A stretch of 64,000 bases of DNA, taken from NCBI RefSeq assembly GCF_963921235.1, contig NC_086097.1, forward strand, positions 133,240,001 to 133,304,000, given 5' to 3'. A model generated the notes under the pieces. The model searched no databases. It saw only the letters and a list, made by a program, of their open reading frames with translations, and was not told where the DNA came from. How positions within the stretch are numbered: the stretch's first letter is position 1; each line of letters starts with the position of its first letter. This DNA is from Mobula hypostoma. Lineage: Eukaryota. Below are positions 1-14,276 of this stretch, in pieces. Both the position numbers and the translations under genes were made by a program.

Positions 1-729
1 TGACCTGCTGAGTATTTCCAGAGTTTTCAATCTTTATTCCTCACTGCCCTAGCCAAACTCCGCTGAAATAGCAGAAGTGGAGAATGTGCCTGAACTTAAA
101 AACCCATATAATGATCACTCTTTCACAGATATTTATAAACAAATCCATGATTTGTTAGTCATGTAGTAATGTGCAGAGTGAGTGACAATTGCTCCTGAGT
201 CAGATGGTTATACACAGAACACTTTTTGCTCAACACTGGACCACAAAACCATTTGCTGATACTCAAGGACAGTACCAAGGGAGTGCTACATGGTAGGAGC
301 TATCTTCTAACTCACAATTCAAACTATGGACATTTTTATTCTCAGTCAAATGTAAGAAACTCAATGCCATGAATTCAAAAGGCAGAGGTGATCTTGTTAA
401 TGCCTTGGTCAGCTTGAGTTATCGCTCACTTAACATCAAAAGCATTCGGTTGTTTTTGCTATTTAATGGGATCCTCCTTGCCATTTTCTCCTCCCTGTGA
501 TGACTACACTTCAAAAGTATGGTGCTCTGCTGTGAAAGTGCTTTAGGACATCCTCAAAGGGACATGGGAGTGACTAGGATTGAGGAATAAGTGTCTGCAA
601 GTCACTGTTCCCACTCTTCACTCTTCCAAATCCTATCATGGGATCTTTAATGTCCACCCCAACGGATGTGGTCATGGTTTAATGTCATAGAAAAGTACTG
701 TAGGAAAATGTTACCATAATATCTTTGAG

Positions 730-1965
730 CCGAATCCTGATTGCAAAATGGGCTTGGTATATAGTGAAATGAGTACCGAGTAGATCGTGCTACTCAGGAA
801 AGTTTAAACTAATTTGGCAAGGGGCTGGGAGCCAGAGAACCAGGTCAGAAAGTGGAGGGGTGGAGAGGTAGGTAAATGTCGGAGCCAGTAAAAACAGACA
901 GGAGCAACGTATAGATAATATGGGGTGGTTAGTTTGAATTGTGTGTATTTTAATGCTAGGAGTATTATGGGTAAATATGAAGAACATAAGAATATGGATC
1001 AGTACATGGAACTATGATGTTGTGGCCGTTACAGACACTTGATTGAGAAAGGGTGTTTAATGTCCCAGTGTTTTGATATTTTAGAAAAGATAGTGTGAGG
1101 TGAGGGAGGTTGGGGGGGTGGGAAGAGAAGAGTTGCACTAATTAGAAATATCATAGCTGCACTCGGATGTAACAGAGGCCATTCCACTGAGTCTGTGTGC
1201 ATAGAACCCAAAAATAGATGCAATGACTCTGTCTGCAGTACAATCCAATCACCCTAATAGCCAACGGGACATTGAGGAACAGACATGCAGGCAGATTAAG
1301 GAAAAATGTAACAAGTGTACAAGCAATAGGTTTGTTATCATGGGGGACTTCAACGTCCTTAATATAAACTGGGGCATTCTTAATGCAAGAGGCTGAGATG
1401 AGGCAGAATTTGTTAGCTGCATCCATGAGGGTTTCTTAAATCAATATGTAAATAGTCCAACAAGAGGAGAGGCAGTACCAGATCTGGTGTTGGCCAGGTG
1501 ACCAACTTTTCAGTGGATGAGCAGTTGGAGAACAGTGACCACAACTCATTAAGTTTTAAGATAGGATGAGATGAGTATGGACCCTTGTGGGAGAGTATTA
1601 AATTTGAGTAGGAAAAATTATAAGAGCATTAGGCAGGAACTAGGGAGAACTAATTGGGAACAGCTGTTTTGGGCAAGTCCTCATCCAACAGATTTAAAGG
1701 CCAACTGCACAGACTAGAGGATGGGTGTGTTTCAGTCAGAAGGAAGGACAAAGATGGCAAAGTAAGAGAATCTTAGATGTTGAGAGAGGTGAGGAATTTA
1801 GTCAACAAGACAAAGCAGAATTATGTAAAGCTGAGGAAGGTAGAATCAAACAGTCATTGAGGATTATAAAAAAAAACCCAGAAACAAACTCAAGAAGAGA
1901 ATTTGGAAAGCCAGGAGGGGCTCTGAAAAGTCATTGGGAAATAGGATTGAAGACAATCCCAAAGA
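730..1965 (+). mobile_element. Old CR1 LINE fragment (APE endonuclease region)
   Basis: Decayed coding remnants for NARS, MGDFN and SDH motifs, with stops and frameshifts. Confidence 0.8.
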
Positions 1966-1974
1966 AGCCTCAGC

Positions 1975-4680
1975 ATCACGTCCTTACTCTTATATTCTAG
2001 TCCTCTCAGAATGAATACTAACATTGCATTTGCCTGCCTTACCACTGACTCAACCTGCAAGTTAATCTTCAGGTATTCTGCATAAGGATTCTCAAGTTAC
2101 TTTGCACCTCTGATTTTGAATTTTCTTCCCATTTAGAAAATAGTACACACCTGTATTCCTTCTACCAAAGTGCATGACCTTCCACTTCTGTGCATTATAT
2201 TCCATCTGCCACCTCTTTGCCCATTTTCCCAATCTGCAGACACCTCAACACACTAACTGCCCCTCCACCTATCTCCATATTGTCTGTAAACTTGGCCACA
2301 AAGGCATCAATTCCTTCATCAAAATCATTGACATGTAACCTGAAAAGAAGTGGACCCAACACTAATCCCTATGGAACACCACTAGTTACAGACAGCCAAC
2401 CAGATAAAGCCCCATCTATTTCCACTATTCCATTAAGCCAATCTTCTATCCATGCTAGTATCTTTGCAGTAATACCATGGGATTTGATCTTACTAAGCAG
2501 CCTCATGTGTGGGACCTTATCAAAGGCCTTCTGAAAATCCAAATACACAATATCCGTTGACTCTTGTCTATCATGCTGACTTTAGCCCATTTCGTCATGT
2601 GCCTCCAAATATCCTGAAACCTCATCCTTAAAGATAGACTCTAATGTCTTTCCAATAAGTGAAGTCGGGCTTGCTTACTTGGGTCCCTGCCGCCTAAGTG
2701 GAGCATAAGCCATCAATGGCTCCCATCTCCATCATCTGAAGTCGGTGGTATGATTGGAGTTCATCAACGCTTCTGCAATTCATTGCATTCACTGCATAGG
2801 GGATCAGCCTGTACAACTTCAGCAGAGCCCTGTTGGTCTGTTTCCATCTCTCTCAACAGTGACATAGGGTTGAACTTTGACAAGCGAAGACAGACCATAG
2901 GCTAAATGGACTATAATTTCTTTTCATCTGCCTCATTCTCTTAAACAGTAGAGTGACATTTCCAATTTTCTAGTCCTACAGAATCATTCCAGAATCTAGT
3001 CATTCTTGAAAGATCATTACTAATAACTCAAATCTGTTCAGATACCTTTTTCAAAATCCTGGGATGTAGTCCATCTGGTCCAGGTGACTACCTTCAGATT
3101 TTTAAGTTTCCAAGCGCCTTCTTAGTAACAGCAACGACACTCATTCCTGTCCCTTGACATGCTTGCACTTCTGGCATTCTTCTAGGGTCTTCAATAGTGA
3201 AGACTGACACAAAATCCTTAAGTTATCCACCATTTCTTTCTGCCGCATTACTACCTTGCCAGCATCATTTACCAGCAGTCCAATATCTACTCTCGTGTCT
3301 CTCCTACATTTCATGTATCTGGGGGGAGAAAAACTATATGGGTCCTCTTTTATATTATTGGCTAGTTTACTGTCATATTTCATCTTTTCTCCCTTCATGG
3401 GTTTTTTAGTTGCCTCTTTTTTAAGTTTCCCAGTCCTCTAACTTCCCAGTAATTATTGCTTTTATGCTGTCCTCCTTTTATAATACTACTTCATCTTTGA
3501 AATGTATCTTTCCTGCACCGCCTTGATATCCTCTAGAAGTACCAGCCACTGCTGTTCTGCCATCGTCTCTGCTAGTGTCCCCTTCCAATCAACTTTGGCC
3601 AGTGTCTCTCTCATGCCTCTATAATTTCCTTTACTCCACTATAATACTGATACATGTAATTTTAGCTTCTTCTGAAGCTACAGGATATCATATTATCGCT
3701 GCTTCCTAAGTATTAATTTACCTTAAGTTCCCTAATCAAAACTGGGCCATTACATAACACCTTATCCACCATTGTCATTCTCCTTGTGGGCTCAAGCAGA
3801 AGCTGCTCTTAAAAAGCCATCTCGTAGGCATTCTACAAATTCCCTCTCCGCTGAAAATCAACACCAACCTGATTTTCCCAATCTACCTAGATTGAAATAC
3901 CCTATGATTATCACAACAGTTCCCTTTTTATATGTCTGCTCTATTTCCCATTTTAATTTGTATTTTGCATCCTGGCTACTATTCAGAGGCTTGTATACAA
4001 CTCCCATCAGGGTCTTTTTACCTTTGCACTTTCTTAGTTGTGTCCACAAAGATTCTACATCTTCCAGTTCTATGCCGCCTCTTTCTAAGGATTTGGTTTC
4101 ATTTTTACCAAGAGAGCTACCCCTCCTCTGTCTACCTGTCTGCCCTTTTTTTTAATAGACTATATATCTTTGGATATTTAACTCCCAACAAAGATCTTCT
4201 TTCAGCTACGTCTCAGTGATACATCATTCCTGCCAATCTCTAACTGCGCTATAAGATCATCTACCTAATTCTGTATACTGTATGCATTCAAATATAACAC
4301 CTTCAGTCCTGTATTCATCACCTTTTTCAATTCTGGCCCCCGACTCATCTGACTGATAGCATTTCTGCCCTATCATCTATCTGTCCTTCCTCAGTTTTAC
4401 TACACGCTGCATCTAGTTGTTTACCAACTGCCCCTTCCTCAGCCCTATCACTCCCATTTCCTATTCACCTGACAAATTAGAGTGACCCTCTCTAATAGCT
4501 CTAGCAAACTTGCCTGCAGGGATATTGGTCCCCTTCAGGTTCAGTTGTGACCTGTCCTTTTTGTTTCATTGTACCTTCCCCGAAAGAGATCCCAATGATC
4601 CAGAAATCTCAAATTCTGCCCCCGCTCCAATTTGTCAGCCACATGTTCATCTGCCAAATCATCCTGTGCTTGCCCTCACA
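1975..4680 (-). mobile_element. Old CR1 LINE (endonuclease-RT), interrupted at ~2670-2900
   Basis: Minus-strand ORF remnants LRKCKGKKTLMGVVYKP and KLANNIKED, plus antisense of FQKAFDKV. Confidence 0.8.
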
Positions 4681-5510
4681 TAAATGACCTGGATGAAAGT
4701 GTAAATGGGTGGGTTAGTTAGTTTGCGGATGGTACGGAGATTGGTGGTGTTGTGGATAGCATAGAAATAGGCAAAGGATACAGCAGGCTATAGATCAATT
4801 GCAGATATGGGTGGAGAAATGGCAGAGTTTAACCCAGCCAAATTTGAAGTGTTACAACTTGGCAGGTCAAATATAGAGGAAAGTGCAAGACTTCATAAGT
4901 GTTGATGAGGTGAGGGATCTTGGGGTCTGAGTGCATAGAGCCCCTGAAAGAGGCTACACAGGTTGATAGGCTGGTTAAGAGGCATATGGCATGTTTGCCT
5001 TGATTAGTCAAGGCATTGAATTCAAAAGTCAGGAAGGTATATTGCAGCTTTATAAAACTCTAGTTAGGCCTCATCTGGAGTATTGCATACAGTTCTGATT
5101 GCCCCATTATCAGAAGGATGTCACAGCTTTAGAGAGGGTACAGAAGAGGTTTACCAGGATGCTGGCTGGATTAGACTGTGTGCTTTAATGAGAGGTTGGA
5201 CAAACTTGGGTTGTTTTCTCTGAAGCGGCGGAGGCTGAGGGGAGATCTGAGAACTGATACATAATTATGAGAGGCATATGTAGATAGAGTAGACAGATAA
5301 TATCTTCTTCCTAGGGTTGAAATGTCAATATCAGAGGGCAAGCATTTAAGGTGGGGGGGGGGGTAAACTATTACACTGAGAGAGGTGGGTGAAGGAAATG
5401 GAAGGATAGGCAGAGGTGATTAGTTAGTTGACTATTTGATCACTAATTTAGTTGTTTCAGCATAGTCAGCTGAAGAGCCTGTTCTTGTGTTGTACTGCTC
5501 TATGTTCTTT
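4681..5510 (+). mobile_element. Old CR1 3' fragment
   Basis: Remnants of FAD-T, LVRPHLEYC and RLRGDL; tail gtactgctctatgttct. Confidence 0.8.
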
Positions 5511-5755
5511 TAACCACAGTGAGAGATTATTCTACGATCAGTGAAGAGGGGCCATTCAAGGCAGCCAGCTGTTTCAAATTAAAGGACAATTGCAATAAGT
5601 TCAAATTTCTCCCACTGCCTTTTTACTCTTAAGAGTAGATCTGAAGGGTGAAGAAAACTCCTTTTGCTCCCCTGCAATAACATGTCAGTTTATCAAAGTT
5701 TATTTTAGTACCAACTGGAGTTGGGTCTTCCCTCAGAAGATCTCGCTCCTCGGGT

Positions 5756-6733
5756 ATAGAAACATAGAAAATAGGTGCAGGAGTAGGCCATTCGGCCCTT
5801 CGAGCCTGCACCGCCATTTATTATGATCATGGCTGATCATCCAACTCAGAACCCCGCCCCAGCCTTCCCTCCATACCCCCTGATCCCTGTAGCCACAAGG
5901 GCCATATCTAACTCCCTCTTAAATATAGCCAATGAACTGGCCTCAACTGTTTCCTGTGGCAGAGAATTCCACAGATTCACCACTCTCTGTGTGAAGAAGT
6001 TTTTCCTAATCTCGGTCCTAAAAGGCTTCCCCTCTATCCTCAAACTGTGGCCCCTCGTTCTGGACTTCCCCAACATCGGGAACAATCTTCCTGCATCTAG
6101 CCTGTCCAATCCCTTTAGGATCTTATACGTTTCAATCAGATCCCCCCTCAATCTTCTAAATTCCAACGAGTACAAGCCCAGTTCATCCAGTCTTTCTTCA
6201 TATGAAAGTCCTGCCATCCCAGGAATCAATCTGGTGAACCTTCTTTGTACTCCCTCTAAGGCAAGGATGTCTTTCCTCAGATTAGGGGACCAAAACTGCA
6301 CACAATACTCCAGGTGTGGTCTCACCAAGGCCTTGTACAACTGCAGTAGTACCTCCCTGCTCCTGTACTCGAATCCTCTCGCTATAAATGCCAGCATACC
6401 ATTCGCCTTTTTCACCGCCTGCTGTACCTGCATGCCCACTTTCAATGACTGGTATAATGACACCCAGGTCTCGTTGCACCTCCCCTTTTCCTAATCGGCC
6501 ACCATTCAGATAATAATCTGTTTTCCTATTTTTGCCACCAAAGTGGATAACTTCACATTTATCCACATTAAGTTGCATCTACCATGAATTTGCCCACTCA
6601 CCCAACCTATCCAAGTCACCCTGCATCCTCTTAGCATCCTCCTCACAGCTAACACTGCCACCCAGCTTCGTGTCATCCGCAAACTTGGAGATGCTGCATT
6701 TAATTCCCTCATCCAAGTCATTAATATATATTG
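5756..6733 (-). mobile_element. Young 5'-truncated CR1 LINE (family A)
   Basis: RT C-terminus (FADDTK, LVRPHLEYCVQFWSP) and tail ttctatgtttctat; near-identical by eye to the + strand copies; 2-nt deletion frameshift near 6455. Confidence 0.95.
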
Positions 6734-7214
6734 GTATAATGTACCAAATACCAATCTAATATTTAGCATCAGTCTTGTACTGTTCATGTTGATTTCTAGT
6801 GAAAATTGGCTTCGAGGAATTAGTGTGGGGAATAATTCTGATGCACTTCAGATGAGAAAAGGAAAATAGGCAGACGAGCTTGCATCAACACACCTCATCT
6901 CAAGTTCTCTCACTTGGCTTCTGAGCATTTAAACCGCATAGTGTACTTGCCTAGAAGATGACAGGCTTCCTGCATCCTGACACTATCTGAACCCAATGAA
7001 GTAATTACGGAAGTGCATTCTCTGTGATTGTGTTAGAAACACGACTGCCAATTTTCATGCAGCAAACATGCACAGAAAGCAATGAGATGGTGGCTGCATA
7101 ATCTGTTTGAGAATGAAGTATTGCCCAGGATCCTAGGACAGTCTTTGCTGCATCAAAGTAACACATCTGTAGGAGCTGTTACTTACACCTGTGTAGATCC
7201 CAATGGCTTGACCC

Positions 7215-7670
7215 ATGTTCAAAGTAAATTAATTATCAAAGTATGTACATGCCACCATATTCTGCCCTGAGATTCTTTTTTCTTGAAAGCATCCACAGTA
7301 GAACAAAGAGATACAATAGACTCAATGGGAAAAACTACATACAAAGACTGACAAACAACCAAGGTGCAAAAGGAAACAGCCTGCAATACGAAACATGCAA
7401 GTAAATGAATACTGAGAACATGAGTTGTAGTCCTTGTAAGTCAGTCCCTAGGTTGTGCAATTAGTTCAGTGTTGAGGTGATGTAGGTCCAGGAGCCTGAT
7501 GGTTGTAGGGTAATAATGGTTCTTGAACCTGGTGGTGTGGGATGTGAAAGCACCAGGAAGGTAGCAGTGAGAAGAGGGCATAGCCTGGATGGTGGGGGTT
7601 GTTGACAATGGATACTGCTTTCTTGTGGCAGCCTTCCTTGTGAATATGCTCAATTGGAGTGTCAGGATAT
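7215..7670 (-). mobile_element. Rex1/Babar-like LINE 3' fragment
   Basis: HTTRFKNHYYPTTIRLL remnant and tail tgataataatttactttgaac. Confidence 0.65.
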
Positions 7671-7904
7671 AAGTTGGGGTCAGGATTGGATTTTTTTTAA
7701 AGTCATAAGCCCTCATCCTGAGGTTGAGTTCAGTTTGGCTGTAATCGAGTCAGGTTTTAGTTCATCAGCTGAACAGGTGGTGAGCAGGTTCTCACTTTAC
7801 CATCTCCACTCTAACAGTGTAGCTCTGCTTCAACACTGCATGGGAGAAACTGCCCAGAATCCGTGCTCAAGTCTTTGATGTGCAGAGGTGCCTACGGCCA
7901 TACT

Positions 7905-8110
7905 GAGGAGTGACACAGCAGGTAGAGCTACTGCCTCACAGCGCCACAGATCCCATTCAATCCTGACCTCTGGCAGAGTTTTCATGTTCTTCCTGTGATC
8001 ACATGGTTTCTTTAAGTGTTCCAATCTCTCCCACGTCCCAAAGACGTGTGGATTGGTAATTGGTCACTGGAAATTGCCAATAGTGTACAAGTGAAAGGCC
8101 GTTGATGGAA
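7905..8110 (+). mobile_element. tRNA-derived V-SINE-like element, interrupted by another repeat
   Basis: Similar to the SINE copies at 14277, 48960, 59325 and 63188. Confidence 0.6.
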
Positions 8111-8112
8111 AT

Positions 8113-8480
8113 TTTCATCGTTTTCATTATGTGCCGTATCGTATGATGTGAGTGATCATGGTTGTTGTTGGCAAATTTTTCTGCAGAAGTGGGTTGCTGT
8201 TGCCACCTTCTGGGCAGTGTCTTTACAAGACAGGTGAACCAGGCCTTCATCAATATTCTTTGGAGATTGCCTGCTGGTGTTAATGATCACATAAGCTGGA
8301 CTTGTGATATGCACCAGCTGCTCATACGATCATCCGCCACCCACTCCCATGACTTCGAGTGACCCTGAATGGGGACCTAAGCAGGTGCTACACCTTGCCA
8401 AAAGTTGACCCGCAGGCTAGTGGAGGGAAAAAGTGCTTTACACCTCCTTTGCCAGAGACGCATCTCTACCCTGCCGTCCA
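8113..8480 (-). repeat. Unclassified interspersed repeat (second copy at ~39640-39880)
   Basis: Shared sequence tatgtgcc.tatcgtatgatgt...ttggcaaatttttct.agaagtgg...gtgtctttacaag in both copies; strand inferred. Confidence 0.65.
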
Positions 8481-9984
8481 AAGTTGATGGAAATATTGGG
8501 AGAGCAAAACAAGTTAGGATGAGGTTTGCATGAATATGGGTGCTTCACCCTTATGATTATATACACCTCCATAAGGTCACTCCTCAGTCTGAGTACAGTT
8601 CTCTCACCACAATACAAGGACTGACGAGAGAGTGGAGAAGTTTAAAGCTATTGGGGCACATTGTAGCTTTGAGGAAAAGGTGCTATTGTGTGACCCGCTG
8701 AGACCCCCCAGCTTTCTCCAGCATCTGCATCTTAGTGGTTTAATTATGAGAAGATGGTATTGATAGTGTGCTTTGCTTCAAACTTTTGTTCAGTACAATC
8801 TGTACTTAATGTTAAATAAAATCAAAAAATGCAGGGAACACTCAGCAGGTTGGGCAGCATCTGCAAAGAGAAAAAAATAGGATTAACATCTTTGGCTGAA
8901 GATCTTTCAGCAGATCTCCCTGCTTGGTTGAGGAATTGCACATTTTCTCTTTTTTTCCAGCATCTGTCTTTTTTAAAATGTTCATCTATATTGAAAATTG
9001 CCTACATGAAAGCTGCTGGCTCTTCCTCCTCCCCACAGTCACGTTTAAGGTCTCTTTATAAAAATAATTTGTGCTCATATAGAAGAAATAGAAGAGACTA
9101 TAAATGCTGGAATCTGAGCAACACACAATCTGTTGCATCTGTGTCTGGGGAGGGTGAGAGGAATTAGTACATAGGAAGAATACATGGCAGTCCTAATGCA
9201 GGGTTTCAATCCAAAACTTTGTCGAGTCCTTTCCCCCTAAATATGGTGCTCAACCCACTGAGTTCCTCGGCAGATTGCTGTGTTTATAAAGCAGCTCTCT
9301 GATCTCAGTTCACCTCAAGTCCTTTCCAGCTAGTTAAGTACTTTTCAGGTCCAGCTTCATACAAAATGTTGGATGTATGACTTATGGATTAAAGCTCCCA
9401 CAACAGTGGTGTGACAATGGCCACATTGTCAATGTTTTGAAATGTATTTGCTGGATTATTGTTGACCATAAACACAAAGAAAATCTTCGAAGTAATGGTT
9501 TTGTGATTAAAATGAAGGAGAATGGATGTTTCTTTTCCTTTGAAGCAAATGAGGCTGGGTGGAGGGCAGGCAGTGAGTGACCTAATACAGATATACAAAA
9601 TTATGAGTATAATATGTACTTGGTAGATGGTGAGAAACTTCTCTTTGGCAGAGTTATCCAAACTGAGTCAGGAGTAGGAGATTTAGAGGGATATAAGGAG
9701 ATCTTTTTTCATGGTTGGATCACAGGTGGAGTAGATATTTCACATTTTATAAAATTATCTAGATGAACATTTCTAAGCCTTGGCAATTGAAGGCCAGGTG
9801 CTGTTAAATGGGATAATTATAGATGGGTGTTTAATGGTCAGCATGAACATGGTGGGTCAAATGGCATGCTTCATTGCTGTTTGACACTGATGAGACCTCC
9901 TAGTATCTGTTCTGAATAATAGGTAAAACACAACAACAGCAGGTCCTTCAGTTCTTTGTGAGTATCTCTGATATATGTAGTAGA

Positions 9985-10345
9985 ATTTATTGGTTTGTGA
10001 TGCAGAATGAAAATAGTGAGGTAGTGGTCATGGGCTGATTTATTACCCATTCAGAAATCTAATGAAGTCAAATGGCGGAGTGAAGAATCTATTCCTAAAA
10101 TGTTGAGTGTGTGTCTTCAATCTCCTGTACCTCCTTCCCGATTGTGGCAATGAGAAGAGGGCATGTTCTGGGTGATGGGGATAATCTCCTTAATGGGTGC
10201 CGCCTTTGTGAGGCATTGCCTTTTGAAGATGTTTTTGATGCCCACGATGAGTCTGGCTGAGTTTTCAACTCTCTGCAGCTTTTTCTGATCCTGTGCAGTG
10301 GCCCCTTCATACCAGATGGGATGCAACCAGTTAAGAGAGCTCTTC
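9985..10345 (-). mobile_element. Rex1/Babar-like LINE 3' fragment
   Basis: WYEGATAQDQKKLQRVENSA remnant. Confidence 0.7.
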
Positions 10346-12314
10346 AAATTCACATTTTGGCATGAATTCCTTTGTCAGAACAAGTAGCATACATCAGAAG
10401 AGCTTGAATTCAGAAGTTTACAGTTCTCAGTAAGGGATAACCCCTTAGTTCCTTCCTCTTTCAAAAATGCCTTTGTTTTTTTTTTCAATTTACAGAGCAA
10501 CCCAAACAGGGAACTCAAGGAAACTGATGGGAACATGTGATGTAGAAGAACATTAAATCCCTGGCTGGTCTGGTAAATCCAGCCTTGCTAAGCTTATTGT
10601 CAAATTATAATATCATGCAGAATAGACTTCAGTCCCTGTGATTTTTGGAAGAGAATTAACAGAGGTGTTTAATATTGTTAAAGGATTAAAAGGATAATTA
10701 ATATCATTAAAGGAAAATCTAAGATAGATATTCGCCCTTCAGTGTGGAGACCAGAATAAAGAAGAATAACCATAAAATTAAAACTAAACTATTCAGCTGT
10801 GTTATGGCATTAAATCAGCCATAAACTCTTTGAATTGTAGAATTGGATTGACGGATTAAATGTTCCACATGTTCCTCTGTATCTTTCAGAACTTGCATTT
10901 GTCTTAATCTCTAACGTGGGAGGAGAGGCATTTATTTGGTTTGTTATTGCCACATGTACTGAGATACAGTGAAAAGTCTTTTCATTTGCATGCCAGGCAT
11001 TACTACATCAAGGTAGGAGAGAGATCGGGAGATCCAGAGTTCACCTTTATTTATGAGAGGTTCCAAACATTTACTTTCCTCAATCACTGCAGTCCAACTG
11101 AATGATGGCTATGATATAAGTAAGCAACTTGATGAAACCAGATAATGCCTCTTTTACATATTATCAAGTCTCTGCCTTGACCTTGATTTATAAAGACCAT
11201 CTCTGTAATGTGAGTCTTTTTTGTCCCATACAACTCAGAATGGTACAGCACAGAAACAGAGCTTTTGCCCCACAATGTTTGTGCTGTACACAATACCAAA
11301 TTAAACTAACCCTTTCTGCCTCGACATGACCCGTATTCCTCCGTTGCCCGAATATCCATGTACCTATCCAAAAGTCTCTTGAGCTCCACTATTGTTCTCG
11401 CTTCCGCCACGACTGGCAGCGTGTGATCCAAGCACCTACCACCTTGTCCACACATCCCCTTTAAATTTTTCCCCTCTCAGTTTAAACTATGTCCTCTAGT
11501 ATTCAACAGTTCTACTTTGGTATTCCGCACCTCTCATAATATTGTAAACTTCTATATGGCTGATTGAGAGGTATGTTAACTTCTCAACCAAATGGTTTTG
11601 CCAAGTTACCAATTCTAAGAAATGGGACAGATAACTTGATCTTAGTTACTAATAATAATTTAATTTTTATCTTTGTGGATTGAAGTTCACTAGCTTTTAA
11701 TTTTGTAGAAACACCACATGCTGATAGTTTCAGTAACTAGCCAGGATATTAGGAGTCAATGAAAGATGAGTTGGGGAAAGAGTTCTGCATTGTTGTAATG
11801 TTATTGTTACTCTTTTATTGCAACTCCCTTTCTACTTGGTTCTGTGAATGTTCATGGATCTTAGCAGTAGGAAGAAAGGGACCAGCCGTAGTTTTACAAT
11901 ATGTTCACTTTTATAATTCGTCACAAATATTCTCAGGCAATACCTCTGGGTCAAGTGCAATTTGCTTCCAATCTTGTTGTCTGGGATCTGAGATTGGTGG
12001 GGTCGCACAGTGTCCAACATGTAGCTGGAGGTGAAGAGAGGAAATGCTACTGGATTTATGTGTGCTCCCATTAAAACACTTGAGTGCCAACCCCAGTAAA
12101 CCTTTTTCTATTTTAAATCCATCAGATTTGACTGAATGTGTTCAGAGTCTCTATGCCTGGCCCTGGAGAGGACACAGATATCGGTTTGTTTATCCTGCCA
12201 GGGGATCTGGAGGATTTTGTGGAAACAGCACTGCTGGTACCTCCCAAATGATTCAATGTATCTGGTGTAGGCAGTCCCAGCCTCAAAGACAAGGAGGGAT
12301 CACTGATGCTCATG

Positions 12315-12492
12315 AGACACCTGTCCCCTGCTAGTTCTTGCTTACCACTTCCCTTCACCTTTTTATACTGGGTTCTCCCCTCTTTCTTTGTAGTCCAGAT
12401 GAAGGGTCTCGACCCGAAACGTTGACTGTCCATGTCTCTCCAGAGATGCTGCCTGGCCTGCTGAGTTCCTTCAGGGCTGTGTGTCTTGCTCC
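12315..12492 (+). mobile_element. Penelope-like element terminal-repeat fragment with hammerhead-like motif (12392-12427)
   Basis: agtc-CAGATGA-a-gggtc tc gaccc-GAAACGTT-gact followed by gatgctgcctggcctgctgagttcc, as in the GIY-YIG-linked copies. Confidence 0.7.
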
Positions 12493-13352
12493 ATGAGTTC
12501 CGCACTGTATTTGAGGTCAGAATCTTTCAACAGCTCTTCCTTGGTCAAGAAAGGCTGTGCTGGTATGCTGGAGTCGGTGGTGAACATCATCACCTTTGAG
12601 GGATGGCTGCAGAGATACAGAAATCACAACCATCAGGTAACAATCTGGAGAGTGCTTTCCATGGTTTGTCTGCCAACCTGTGGTGTTTGTTTGTAACTGC
12701 AGCCTATTTCAGTCACAGACACCGCAGTGGCTTTCTGACGGGTGAAGGTAACTCAAATCTTTTACCTCTTTTCACTAATATTACCAAATTAATCCATTTG
12801 TAGAGATCACGTTGGCCCCGATGTTGCTGGAAAGCTGTGCCAGCTTATATTCTCCTCTGCCTCCAGAGTACAAACTCAGCCTCCTGGTCAGAATGTGATG
12901 TTTTTATATTTTATTTAGAGATACAGCACAGTGGCCTTTCCAGCCCAATGAGTCCACACCAATTACATCCATGTGACCAATTACCTACTTACCTGTATGT
13001 CTTTGGGATCACAAAATAAAAGCGCCTTTGAGAAGAAATAAGCTGCAGATGCCAGGAATGTGCAATGGAAGCAAAAACTGTCTGAAATACTCAACAGGTC
13101 AGGCAGCATCTGTGGAGAGAGAAACAGTTAGAATTTCAGTTAAAGAGCAGCCTTGGGGATGAGAAGTTATCAGGGTAGAGTCAAAGTCAAAAGCCAAAGT
13201 TTATTGTCACATGCATAAATGCAATGGGGAAAACTTACTTGCCGCAGCTTCAAGGCACTTAGGATTACATATTCAGCATTCATAAGAAAAACATAAATTT
13301 TCAGAAGAAAGAAAATCAATTGAACAAATAAAACAATGTCTACGGTGGAGAT

Positions 13353-13960
13353 GAGATTAGATTATGAGGACACTCAGTCCTCGTTTATTGTCATTTAGAA
13401 ATGCACGCATTAAAAAATGATACAACATTCCTCCAGAAAGATATCACAGAAACACAGGACAAACCAAGACTAAAACTGACAAAACCACATAATTGTAACA
13501 TATAGTTACAACAGTGCAAAGCAATACTGTAATTTGATAAAGAGCAGACCATGGGCATGGTAAAAAAAAATTCTCATGTCCCGATAGCCCCATCATCTCA
13601 CGCAGATGGAAGCAGCGCAAACTTGCCGATGCAGCACCATTGGAAGCACCCGACGGCAGCCGACTATGAGTCCGTCCGAAAACTTCAAGCCTCCGACGCC
13701 AAGCACCATCTCTGCCGAGCACTTTGACCCCGTCCCAGCTGCTGAGGACTTGGGGTCTTCCCCTCCAGAGATTCTGGATCACACAGTAGCAGCGGCAGCG
13801 AAACAAGCATTTCAGAAGTTTCACCAGATGTTCCTCCGTGCTCTCACATCTGTCTCCATCAAATCAGGATTGTTCACGGCACCGTACTTGACAGATATCA
13901 GATATCGTTCACCGGAGTGGCCGCTGCAAGCTGCGTCACGCTGCCATCTTCTCCTCCTCC
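13353..13960 (-). mobile_element. CpG-rich non-autonomous retroelement with a LINE-like 3' tail
   Basis: Minus strand starts ggaggaggagaagatggcagcg and ends aataaacg...ataatctaatctc; no recognisable coding capacity. Confidence 0.5.
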
Positions 13961-14276
13961 TGTATGAAGTTATAATGAGATTAGATCTGATGTTATTAAA
14001 TAGTCGAGCTATTTATTTGCTCCTTCTCCTGATTCACATGTTCCTATGTTGCCATGCCCTGCGCCCTTGACGTTCTGGTAGAAGTTATGTGTTCGAGAGG
14101 TGCTGTTGAAGTAGCCTTGGTGAACAGCTGCAGTGCATTTTGTACATGATACATCCTGCAGGCACTGCCAGTCAGTAGAGGAAGGTGACAGACAGGATAC
14201 TAGTTACGTGGGCTCCACTGTCCCAGATGGTGTTGGGCTTCTTAAAAGTGGACCTGCACTCAACTAGACAAGACAG

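Noticed and set aside
5823..6494. Repeated 'MIMADHPTQNPAPAFPPY...' ORFs (also 22777, 30320, 45322, 57519)
   Set aside because: Antisense frames of the CR1 3' end, not a gene family.
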